Shown: positions 1-10,600 of the stretch, in pieces | How positions within the stretch are numbered: the stretch's first letter is position 1 | Layout of the letters: every line of letters begins with the position of its first letter | Sequence record: NC_048048.2 | Length of the DNA: 64,000 bases | Reading direction: 5' to 3' (one strand) | The notes under the pieces: model-generated | The model's database searches: none | What the model saw: the letters and a program-made list of their open reading frames with translations, nothing else | Told to the model about the DNA's origin: nothing | Position numbers and translations under genes: made by a program

Positions 1-1263
1 GGCAACAGCGGTGCCGTCCAGGTCCTGGTCAACGGCGCGCTGGCCGCCACCCGGACCCTGACGGGCTCCGACGAGGGCAACTACGCCGGCTTGGTCATCG
101 CCGACCAGAAGGACTACCCGCCCGCGACGCCGGGCTTCTACAAGTCGATCGACGTCACCGCGTCCAACGTCGCCGCCCCGGTCGGCGTCAACAAGTTCCA
201 GATGAAGCATACCGGCGCGGGCCAGACCAACGTCGTCTACTTCGTCCGCGACGCCTTTACCGCATCCCCGGCGGTCAGCGACACCTCCCTGGCGCTCCAG
301 AGCCTGGGTACGTTGGCCTACTCCTCGGGCGTGCCGCACTTCGGGACCGGCGGCCAGCTTCTGGTTGGCGCCTCGACCAACAACTTTTCGGGTGAGACCT
401 ACTATGGTGGGTCTGACCCGTTCAGCGTTTCGGGCTCGGGCGGCATCATGTCCACCCAGAGCTTTGGCTACGCGGCCCTGGGCCTGACCACGCCGTTCGC
501 GCGCAACACGACCGCCACCGCCGCCCTGACGCCCCAGATCGTCAGCATCAACGGTTCGGTCCACGGCTCGGGGCAGGTCTCGGGCACGGCGCGCAACGTC
601 AATGGCTCCGGCTCGGCGCTTTTGTCGACGACCACGATCCTGGTCAAGAACGGCAGCGCTGGCGGGCGCATCGACGAGAACGCCGTCACCGTCTCGGGCC
701 TGGGGTCGAGCCCCAACGGCAATCCGGCCGTCCGGGTCAAGCTCGGCGCGGGCGACACGCCCGGCGGCGCCTATCAGGCCTGGGTCTCGGCCGACCCGCT
801 CGATACCTGGGAAGCCGCCGTCGTCGCCGGCGTCCTGGCCCACAACCAGACGGACTATACGGTGGGCGTTCTGCCGCAAGGTCCCGACTATTCGATCGGG
901 CGCAGCGGCGCCCAGTACGTCACCTTCCTGTTCCAGCGCGCGCCGCTGTCGCAGTTCAAGATCGCCGTCACGGGCGCCTATGCCGGCTGCTGGACCAAGC
1001 TGCCCGGCGTGTCCGACGCCACCCCCAACGCCCCGAACGGCTGGTGGAATGGCTTCAAGGCCTATGACGGCGCCGGCGTCCCCGGCGAAGCAGGCGATCC
1101 CGACGCCGGCTGCGCCACGGGCGCGGTCATGACCGGGGGGTCGGGGACCTTCACCATGACCTTCGGCACCCAGTCCTCCACCAACGCGACCGGCAACACG
1201 ATCCTGGTCCGCTTCAAGCTCAACCCAGGGCAGTCGATCACTGCCCTCTCCTTCACCGCCTAG
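1..1263 (+). CDS. Virion structural protein, 5'-truncated by the window edge; paralog of the C-terminal part of 1272..3452
   Basis: Frame is open from base 1. Shares blocks with the next gene: GLVIADQKDYP, YSSxVPH, GWWNxFxAYDGAGxPGEAGDP, STNATGNxILVRxKLNPGQ. Confidence 0.85.
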   Translation, partial: GNSGAVQVLVNGALAATRTLTGSDEGNYAGLVIADQKDYPPATPGFYKSIDVTASNVAAPVGVNKFQMKHTGAGQTNVVYFVRDAFTASPAVSDTSLALQSLGTLAYSSGVPHFGTGGQLLVGASTNNFSGETYYGGSDPFSVSGSGGIMSTQSFGYAALGLTTPFARNTTATAALTPQIVSINGSVHGSGQVSGTARNVNGSGSALLSTTTILVKNGSAGGRIDENAVTVSGLGSSPNGNPAVRVKLGAGDTPGGAYQAWVSADPLDTWEAAVVAGVLAHNQTDYTVGVLPQGPDYSIGRSGAQYVTFLFQRAPLSQFKIAVTGAYAGCWTKLPGVSDATPNAPNGWWNGFKAYDGAGVPGEAGDPDAGCATGAVMTGGSGTFTMTFGTQSSTNATGNTILVRFKLNPGQSITALSFTA

Positions 1264-1271
1264 GAACTCCA

Positions 1272-3452
1272 GTGGCCATCAGCACCGATGAAAAGGTCGA
1301 CTTCCTCTGGAAGAAGATCGTCTATGGCGCCACCAAGACGGCGAGCGCCGCCAACAAGGCTGGCTCGAACGAAGCCATCCCCTCGCCGGTGGTGGCCTTC
1401 TCCGACTACGTCTGGACGCAGTCGAACCTGATCCCGCTGAGCCCGCCGACCGACAGCACTCCGATCGTCGAGGTCTGGGTTGGTCCCGAGCGGATCAAGA
1501 TGACCAACGACCCGACGTCGCCGGTCAATCAGTCCTGGCTGGCCACCATCCTGCCGCCGGACCTGACCAGCCGCATCGGTGACTTCGTCCCGCCGGCCTT
1601 TGGCACTGGCTATGCTGTCAAGGTCTTCATCGGCGACCCGTCGACCGGTCCTGCCGCCCGTATCTTCCCCGAGACGACCAACGAAGAGTGGGTGTTCGAC
1701 TATTCTGCCGGCGTCCTCAACTTCCCCAATTCGATCCCGGCCTCCAAGACCGCCACGATCGGCACGGGCACCGTGGCCGTCGGCACCCATGGCATCTACA
1801 TCGAAGGCTACCAGTACATCGGCAAGACCGGCGGCGGCGCGGGCGAACTGGTCATCGAGAGCGGCTATGACCTGCCGCTGGGCGAGACGGCGACGGCCGG
1901 CGACGGCTCCTGGACCGACGGCGCGATCCCGCTGACCGACGACACCAAGGTCTCCGAAGCCATCGACCAGTTGAACGAGGTCTTGGGCCTGCTGGTCCCG
2001 GCCCAGCCGCCGGCCTTCCCGAACGCGGCCTTGAGCGTCTCCAACGGCACGGGCAACAGCCCGCGTCTGGCCACGGGCGTCACCGACAACTCTGGCGCCT
2101 CGACGATCACCGCCGGCTCGGCCGTCACCCGCATCACCGCCTCGGGCGTCTCGTCCAACACCTACAATGACGTTGGTCCTGGCAAGGGCGGCAATCTGGC
2201 CCTCCTGGTCAATGGCGCGATCGTCGGCCAGCGCGCCCTGGTGGGTACGGGCGACAACGGGACCTACAACGGTCTGGTCATCGCCGACCAGAAGGATTAC
2301 CCGGTCGCCACCCCCGGCTTCTGGAAGTCGATCGACATCTCGGTCAACCTCGCCGCCGCCCTGGACGGCGTCAACAGCTTCCAGCTTCAGCACAGCGGCG
2401 CCGGCTCCACCGCCAGCGTGTTCTTCGTCAAGGACAACCTGACCGCAGCGCCGGCCCTGTCGACGACCTCGGTGATCGAGCAGTCGGCCGGCGCGGTCGC
2501 CTATTCGTCCTCGGTGCCCCACTACAACACCGGCGCGGCCCTGACGGTCGCCGCCTCGATGAGCAATCTGGCCGGCGAGACCTATTACGGCGGCGCCGAC
2601 CCGCTGACCATCACCGGCACCAACAGCATCATCGCCGCCCAGACCTACGACTACGCGACCCTGGGCGTGACGACGCCGATCGCGCGCCAAACCACCACGC
2701 CGGTGGTCCTGACCCCGGTCACCGTCCAGATCAATGGCACGAACGTCCACGCCTCGGGGACCATCCAGGGCTCGGGCAAGAACGCCGCAGGCCAGTCGAC
2801 GGCGGCCAACATGGCCGCCACCATCATCAACGTCAAGCGCGGCAGCGCCGGCGCGCGCATCGACGAGATGAGCATCCCGGTCGTGGGCCTGGGCTCGCTG
2901 CCCAACGCCAACAACGCCGTGCGCGTCTCGGCTGGCTCGGGCGACACGCCCACGGGTTCGACCACCGCCTGGAACCCCGCCAATGCCCTGGCCACCCATG
3001 AGGCGGCCGTTGTCGGCGGCGCGCTCAAGCACGACCAGACCAACTACAGCACCGGCGTCCTGCCGGTGGGGCCGGACCTTTCGGTGGGGCGCAGCGGTGC
3101 GCAGTACGCCACCTTCAGCTTCAACCGCTCGGCGCGCTCGGGCTTCAAGATCGTCATCAACGGCGCCTATGCCGGCTGCTGGGTCAAGCTGCCGGGCGTT
3201 TCGACAGCCCAGCCCAATGCGCCGGGCGGCTGGTGGAACGCCTTCCAGGCCTATGACGGCGCGGGCATCCCCGGCGAAGCGGGCGACCCCAACGCCGGCT
3301 GCGCCACGGGCGCGGTCATGAACGGCGGCGCGGGGACCTTTGCGATCACCTTCGGGACCGAGTCGTCGACCAACGCCACGGGCAACGAAATCCTCGTCCG
3401 CCTCAAGCTGAACCCCGGCCAAACGGTCACGGCGCTCAGCTTCACCAACTAA
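1272..3452 (+). CDS. 726-aa beta-rich virion structural protein (module A + module B)
   Basis: AGGA RBS. N-terminus matches 3468..4160 (KVDFLWK...EEWVFDYxAGVLNF...YQYIG); C-terminus matches 1..1263. Confidence 0.85.
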   Translation: MAISTDEKVDFLWKKIVYGATKTASAANKAGSNEAIPSPVVAFSDYVWTQSNLIPLSPPTDSTPIVEVWVGPERIKMTNDPTSPVNQSWLATILPPDLTSRIGDFVPPAFGTGYAVKVFIGDPSTGPAARIFPETTNEEWVFDYSAGVLNFPNSIPASKTATIGTGTVAVGTHGIYIEGYQYIGKTGGGAGELVIESGYDLPLGETATAGDGSWTDGAIPLTDDTKVSEAIDQLNEVLGLLVPAQPPAFPNAALSVSNGTGNSPRLATGVTDNSGASTITAGSAVTRITASGVSSNTYNDVGPGKGGNLALLVNGAIVGQRALVGTGDNGTYNGLVIADQKDYPVATPGFWKSIDISVNLAAALDGVNSFQLQHSGAGSTASVFFVKDNLTAAPALSTTSVIEQSAGAVAYSSSVPHYNTGAALTVAASMSNLAGETYYGGADPLTITGTNSIIAAQTYDYATLGVTTPIARQTTTPVVLTPVTVQINGTNVHASGTIQGSGKNAAGQSTAANMAATIINVKRGSAGARIDEMSIPVVGLGSLPNANNAVRVSAGSGDTPTGSTTAWNPANALATHEAAVVGGALKHDQTNYSTGVLPVGPDLSVGRSGAQYATFSFNRSARSGFKIVINGAYAGCWVKLPGVSTAQPNAPGGWWNAFQAYDGAGIPGEAGDPNAGCATGAVMNGGAGTFAITFGTESSTNATGNEILVRLKLNPGQTVTALSFTN

Positions 3453-3467
3453 GAGAGGCCAGCGCCC

Positions 3468-4160
3468 ATGGCCATCTCGCTCGACCAGAAGGTCGACTTC
3501 CTCTGGAAGCGCTTGATCTACTCGGTCACCAAGACCGGGACGGCCGACGACAAGGCCGGCTCCAACGAGAGCATCGCGTCTCCGATCACGATCACGGTCG
3601 CCGACATCTGGAACGATGTCGACCTGATCACCGCCGCGCCGCCGGTCGCCGACACGGCCGCGATCAAGGTCCTCACCGGCGCCAACCGCGTCCGAGGCAC
3701 CAGCGATCCCACGGCGCAGCCCAACTTCACCTGGATCGCCACCGCAACCTTCGGCGACGTCTCCTCCAGGCTGAAGGACTTCGTGCCGGCCAGCTTCGGC
3801 TCCGGCTACGCGGTCAAGGTCTACATCGGCGATCCGTCGACGGGACCTGCCGCCCGCATCTTCCCCGACACCACGGGTGAAGAGTGGGTCTTCGACTACG
3901 CCGCAGGCGTGCTCAACTTTGCCGGAACAGTTCCGGCCAATAAAACCGCCACGATCGGAAGTGGAACGGTCTCGGTTGCCAGTAATGGCATCTACTTCGA
4001 GGCCTACCAGTACATCGGTGGAAAGGGCGGCAAGGCAGGCGTCAATCCCGAAGACCTCGGGACGATGGCCTACCAAGACTCCGACGACGTCAACATCACC
4101 GGTGGCACGATCTCCGATGCCACTTTCATCAACGTCACCATTGATGGTGGCACCTTCTAA
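3468..4160 (+). CDS. 230-aa virion protein (module A only)
   Basis: GAGG RBS; strong visible similarity to the N-terminus of 1272..3452. Confidence 0.85.
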   Translation: MAISLDQKVDFLWKRLIYSVTKTGTADDKAGSNESIASPITITVADIWNDVDLITAAPPVADTAAIKVLTGANRVRGTSDPTAQPNFTWIATATFGDVSSRLKDFVPASFGSGYAVKVYIGDPSTGPAARIFPDTTGEEWVFDYAAGVLNFAGTVPANKTATIGSGTVSVASNGIYFEAYQYIGGKGGKAGVNPEDLGTMAYQDSDDVNITGGTISDATFINVTIDGGTF

Positions 4161-4175
4161 AGAGGAACTGCCGTA

Positions 4176-4592
4176 ATGGCTTCGCTCGTCTACAACTCGA
4201 TGCTGGACGATCTCGTCAAGGGCGCGATCAACTTCAACAGCGACACCTTCAAGGTCATGCTGGTGACTTCGGCCTACACGCCGAACAAGGACACCCACAC
4301 CCGCAAGAACCAAGTCACCAACGAAGTGACCGGCACCGGCTACACCGCCGGCGGTCAGGCCTCGGCCGTGACCATCACCCCCGACACCACCAACGACCGC
4401 GAGGACCTGTCCTTCGCCACCGTGACCTGGACGTCGGCGACGATCACCGCGCGCGCCGCCGTGATCTACAAGGACACCGGCACGGCCTCGACGAGCCCGC
4501 TCGTCGCCTATGTCGATTTTGGCTCGGACGTCTCGTCCACGAACGCCAACTTCGCCGTGTCGTTCTCCAGCCCGCTGCGCTTCCAGAACTAA
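4176..4592 (+). CDS. 138-aa conserved phage virion/fibre-associated protein
   Basis: GAGGA RBS; FKVMLVTSAYTP...EVTGTGYTAGG motif typical of small proteins preceding fibre genes; paralog at 17453. Confidence 0.8.
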   Translation: MASLVYNSMLDDLVKGAINFNSDTFKVMLVTSAYTPNKDTHTRKNQVTNEVTGTGYTAGGQASAVTITPDTTNDREDLSFATVTWTSATITARAAVIYKDTGTASTSPLVAYVDFGSDVSSTNANFAVSFSSPLRFQN

Positions 4593-4666
4593 GCGCGACC
4601 TGATGGCGGCGCCTGCGGGCGCCGCATCGGTCTTTTCTCCCGCCCTCCCGTAAAGGACCCCTTCAG

Positions 4667-7600
4667 TTGGTCGATCTCGTCGCCGGCACGCCCGCCTCCG
4701 TCGCCTATACGGGCGCGTCGGTGGACTATGTCGTCAAGGCGGCGGGTCAGGTCGACATTCACCTGTGGGGCGGCGCGGGCGCGGGTGGCTACTATGCCAA
4801 CGGCAGCGGTAACGCCAACAAGTTTGGCGGAGCCGGCGGCTACACCAACGTGCGCTTCATGGCGTCCGTGGGCGACGTCATCTCCGTTGAGGTCGGTCAG
4901 GGCGGTCGCGTGCCGACCGGCTCGGGCACCACCACGTCGGCTGGTGGCCTGGGAGGCTGGCCAGACGGTGGTTTCGGCGCGCCGAACTCGGGCGCTGCGT
5001 GGGTCGCTCCAGGCGGCGGCGGCGGGTCGACGCGCATCTATCGCAATGGTGAACTGATCGCCGTTGCAGGCGGCGGCGGCGGCGCCACGGGCTTCTACGG
5101 CGGCGGCAACGGCGGCGGCGCGCTCGGGTTTGCCTCGACGGATGCCTCGTCGGGCGCTGGTGGTACGCAGTTGGCGGGCGGCGTCGCCGGTTCGGGAACG
5201 CTGGCCGTCCAGTCGGGCGGCTATTTCCGAGGCGGCCAAGCCAGCACCTCGGCGACCACCTCGAACGCCTATACGGGTGGTGGTGGTGGCGGCGGCTATT
5301 ATGGCGGTGCCTCCAACGGCGGCGGCTCGGGCGCGCACGGCTCCGGCGGTGGCGGTTCGGGTTGGATGACCCAGGCGACCGACATCGCGGGCGTGTGCCG
5401 CGCCGCGCCGCAGGATGGCACGGGCGCGCCGATCAATCCGGCGGCGATCTCCATCCCAGCCGGGACCGCCCAGGGCGGCACCAACAACATCGCCACGGGC
5501 CAGTGGGGCGCGATCACGCCGGGCGGCAATGGCTTTGCCTTCCTCACCCTGACGGACATCGCAGCCTTCGCGCCTGATCTGCCCACCGGCAGCACCACGG
5601 TCAGCTACACCGGAACCCGGCAGACCTATGTCGTAGACTCTGCCTGCTCGGTTGATTTCGAGATGTGGGGCGGCGGCGGCGGCGGCGGCTTCTACACGTC
5701 CGGCGGCAACGCCGCGCGCTGGGGCGGCGCGGCCGGCTATACCAAGCTCACCAGAATCCTCTATCCTGGCGACGTCGTCGAGATCGAGGTCGCCCAAGGT
5801 GGCCAAGCCCCCAGCGGCGTCAGCCAGACCGGCGGCGCGGGCGGCTGGCCCAATGGCGGCGCGGGCGGACGGCCCAGCGCGGCGGCGCCCAACTTCGGCG
5901 GCGGCGGCGGCTCGACCAACGTCTGGGTCAACGGACGACTGCTGGCGATCGCGGCGGGCGGCGGCGGCTCGACGGGATTCTACTATGGCGGCGCGGGCGG
6001 CGGACGCTTTGGTCTCCAGTCGTCCGACCAGACGACCAACAACGGTACCGGCGGGACCTGGGGCGGCGTCAACACGACCTCCAGCCAGGGTCGCGGCTAC
6101 TTCCTGCTGGGCGGGCACGGCTCGCCGATCGAATCCTCCACGATCATCCATGCCAATGCGGGCGCGGGCGGCGGCGGCGGCTACTATGGCGGCGGCGGTG
6201 CCAAGGGCGGCTCTGGCACGCACGGGTCGGGTGGCGGCGGCTGCGGCTATGTTTCGGGCGACAACACCTATAACCGCGTCATGCAGGCTGGCACGCCAGC
6301 CACCGGCCAGCCCTATGATCCAGGCACCAAGCCGGCGGGCGTCGGCGTCGGCGGCGTGGGCGGGAACTCGGCCGGCACCACCGGTCCGGGCGGCAACGGC
6401 GCCTGCCTGCTGACCGTCACGCCCCTGACAGGCCTGCCGACCTTGCCGACCGGCAAGACGGTCTTCAGTTTCACCAACGCCGCCGAGCACTATGTCGCCG
6501 GCAACTACGGCGTCATGGCCCTCAAGGTCTGGGGCGCGGGCGGGGGCGGCTGCACCCGCTCGTCTGGCACCCTGCGTCGCGGCGGCGGCGGCGGTTTCTT
6601 CCGCGTCGACATGGTCAAGATCGCCCCCGGCGACATCGTCACCTTCGTGGTTGGCGAGGGCGGCAAGGGCATGCCCGGCGCCAACCTGGGCGGCCGTGGG
6701 GGCTTCCCCAACGGTGAAGGCGGCAACGCCGGCGACGCGACCGGGGGTAATGGCGGCGGCGGCGGCTCCTCGCACGTCTATGTCAATGGCAAGCTTGTCG
6801 GCGTCGCGGGCGGCGGCGGCGGCGGCGCCATCTCGTTCGATGGTCAGACGGGCGGCTTGGCGGGCTATCCGCCAAGCGGCGACGGCTTCGACAAGACCGG
6901 CGCCTCCCTCTACGCCGGCGGCTATTCTGGCCAGCGCGGCGCGGAAGGCAACAATCGTGGCGTCTTCATGCTCGCCGGCATGGGCCAGATTGACGGCGCC
7001 ACCCTTGACACGCCCAACAACCTCTGCGGCGGCGGCGGTGGCGGCGGCTACTATGGCGGGGCCGGCGCGGTCCCCCTCAACTCGCGCTTCCAAGGCGGCG
7101 GCGCGGGCACGACCTACATTTCCTCGGCCTATGTCGGGACCCAGCAGGCCGGCACCACCAGCGGCACCAACATCACCGACGCCGATTGGGGATCGTCCGC
7201 CAGCGTCGGCGGCCAGGGCTCGAACACGGTAGGCAACGCCATCACCAATGGCGGGCACGGCCGTATCGTCTGCCAGTTCGATACGCCTGATCTGCTGCTG
7301 GAAAGCGCCAGCGCCAATACGCCCGTCGCCAGTCAGATGCAGACCTTCATGGTCGGCACCGATGGCACCCTGACGCTGAAGGCCTGGGGCGCGGGTGGTG
7401 GCGGCTCGATGATGACCGCCAACAACGGCTCTGAACTGGCCGGCGGCGGCGGCTATTCGACGGCGACCCTGGATGTCGTCAAGGGGCAGGTCGTTCGCGT
7501 CTGGACCGGGCGCGGCGGCGGCGGCGCCAACTACACCAGCGGGGCCAGCGGCGCCTTTGTCGGCTCGGGCGGTACGGGCGGCTGGCCCGACGGCGGCACC

Positions 7601-10600
7601 GCCGGCATGCACGTCTCGGGCATCTTCGGCGGCGGCGGCGGCTCGACCCGCGTCTATGTCGACGACGTCATGGTCCTGGTCGCCGGCGGCGGCGGCGGCC
7701 TGGGCATCGCCACCACCACCACCACGCCGGGCGGCGGCGGTGGTGCGACCGGGGGCAACTCCGACGCTCCCAGCGGCCAGAACCTGGGCGGCTTGGCCTA
7801 TCGCGGCGGCCAGAACACCGGTCGACTCACCGACACCTCCACCTCGGGCGGACCGTTCCGGGGCGGCACCGGCTACTGGTCTGGCTCGACCTCCTCGACC
7901 AGCAACATCCAGTTTGGCGGCGGCGGCGGCGGCGGCCTTTACGGCGGCGCAGGCTCGGGCGGCACCGTGCAGTCGTCGGCCTATTGGCTGGGCGGCGCTG
8001 GCGGCTCGGGCTTTGTCGCCGACGGCAAGGGCATCCTTGCCGACGATTTCCTGCGCAACTATACCTCTGTTCAATATAGCTTCGACACCAACGGTGGCGT
8101 GGCCGATGACGCGCGAATCCTCGACACCCAGCTTCTCGACACCGCGCCGACTGTCACCACGACGGGACCGAAGTACGGCACCCAGTGCCTCAATTTCCCC
8201 GGTACGGGCCACCTGACTGCCAACGTCCCGGCGATCGGGACCCAGGACTTCACGCTTGAGGGTTGGTTCAACCCGTCCTCGGTCGCCACGGGCGTCATGC
8301 TGCTGCTGGGCAACAACAGCATTGGCGGCTTCTCGCTCCACTACTATCCCGCCGCCACGACTCTGGCCTTCCGCTGGAACAACGCCGCCCAGGCTTCGGA
8401 TACGACCTACACCGACTCGGCTCGCCAAGCCAACGTCTGGGCGCATTATGCGGTCGTGCGCGACATCAACGGCACCCGCGTCTACAAGGACGGCGTCCAG
8501 GTGATGTCGATGCCCGGCTCGCCGCAGAACCTGACGGCGACGACCCTGACGCTGGGCAACTACAACGCCGCCGCCGGCGCCAGCACGCGTTTTGCTGGCA
8601 AGATCGACGAAGTCCGTCTGACCATCGGCACTGCGCGCTATCGCAACAACAACTTCAAGCCCGTCCAGTTCCGCAACACCTTCACGACCGGCCTGACGGG
8701 GACTTCCACGGTTCAGGCGCCCAATTCCGGCAACGGTCAACCCGCCTCCACGGGCGTGTCCGGCTATCTCGCAGGGCGGGGCGTCGGCGCGACCGTGCGC
8801 ACCACGACAGGCAACGGCAACACCGGCGGTGACGGTCAGGTCAACTATTACCTGCTCACCACCAACGTCACCGCCACCGGTCCGATCGGGACGGTAAATG
8901 TCGGCGGCCTGACCGAAGCAGCGGCAGGGGCTTTCTATTCGTTGCCGGCGCCCGGCTCGACGGTGGTCGTTCCCTACTCCGGTGCGCGTGTCAACTACTC
9001 GGCCGATGATCCGGGCGGCGCGCGCATCAAGGTGGAGATGTGGGGCGCGGGCGGCGGCGGCTGCTCGTTCAACAACAGCCTGACTACCAATGGCGGCGGG
9101 GGCGGGGGCTACACCGTCTATGAGATGGACCTTGCCCAAGGCGACAAGGTCATCCTCCAGACGCCTTCGGGCGGCTATGGGTCCACCACGGCTGGCGGCA
9201 GCAACGCCACCGGCATCAACACCGGCGGCTATCCCGACGGCGGCGACGGCTATCGGCCGGCGTTCACCGCCTTCAACGGCGGCGGCGGCGGTTCTGCGCG
9301 CATGTGGGCGCGTGGCGATCTAGCGGCCGTGGCGGGCGGCGGCGGTGGCAGCGCCTACGGCTCGGGTTCCTATGACTATGCCGGCGGTGCGGGTGGTGGT
9401 TCTAGCGGGGGCCAGGGCGGATACCAGCCGGACGGCACCAATGCCACTTACCCCAACAATGGCGGCAACCAGAGCGCCGGAGGCTCCGGCTCGCCCAATG
9501 GTTTCTCGGGCGGGTCCTTGGACGGTGGCGACGGCGGCACCACCATCAACCAACCCAACAACGGCCCTGGCGGCGGCGGCGGCTATTATGGCGGCGGCGG
9601 CGGCGGCGCCTACAAGGCTGCTGGCGGCGGCTCGGGCTACATCAACACCTCCCTGGCTGGATACCGCACGGGCTCGACGACCGGTGGCTCAGGCAACCAG
9701 CCCGGCGGCATGGCCTCGCCCAACTACCTCGCGGGCATCGGCGTCGGCTCCAACGGCAAGTCCAGTCAGGTCCATGGCGGCAACGGCCGCATCGTCCTGT
9801 CGGTCATCACCCCCACGCCGGCCAATGCGTCGGGTGAAATCGGCACCGTCAACGTCATCACCCCGCCGACGGTCGGTTACATTACCGGCACGCCGCGCGG
9901 CGATCTGCCCGTCGTCCAGCTTATCCAGATGGTCGGCGAGTTCGGCTATCCGGCCTATACGTCCGGGTCGCTGCCGACGGTCACCCTGGCCCCGGTCGAA
10001 TCCAACCCGACCACCAGCGCCATTGTCATTGTCCCGATCAATGACAGCACCTCGATCAATGTCACCGGCGTTAACGCCGCGCCGTTCTTCATCGACGGCG
10101 AAGGCGTGGGCGAACCACCGCCCGTCCTTCTGACGGCGCCGGAAGCCACCGCCACCGTTCCGGCGGCGGCGAGCGGCTCGCTGGTCGACATTACCATCGT
10201 CGCGCCTGAGGCAAGTGTCGACGTCATCCTGCCGGTCTCCGCCTCGGGCGATATCGGCACCATCACCGTCTCGCCGCTGCTGGGCGAGACGGACGTCAAC
10301 AATGACGTCTTCCCGTCGGGCAACATCGGCACGATCCTGGCGATCTCGCCCGAAGGCGTCGCCACGCCCGGCCCGCCGATCGCCATTGGCGACCTGAAGA
10401 CCGTCACCATCACCGCGCCGACGGGCGCGGCGAGCGCCGGCGCGGTCATCACGGGCGCCTTTGTCGATGTCCTGCTCACCCCGCCCGAGGCGGGCGTGGA
10501 CGGTGACGCGCGCGGTGACGATCTCGAATTCGCCTATGTCCAGGTCCTGCCGCCGCTGGTGTCGGTCAGCGTCTACCAGGACGGTGAAACCAACATCTAC

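Noticed and set aside
4700-9780. GGC-rich tandem runs suggesting a VNTR, phase-variable tract or DGR template
   Set aside because: They encode in-frame poly-Gly of the glycine-rich domains. There is no reverse transcriptase and no adenine-specific TR/VR pair visible in the window.
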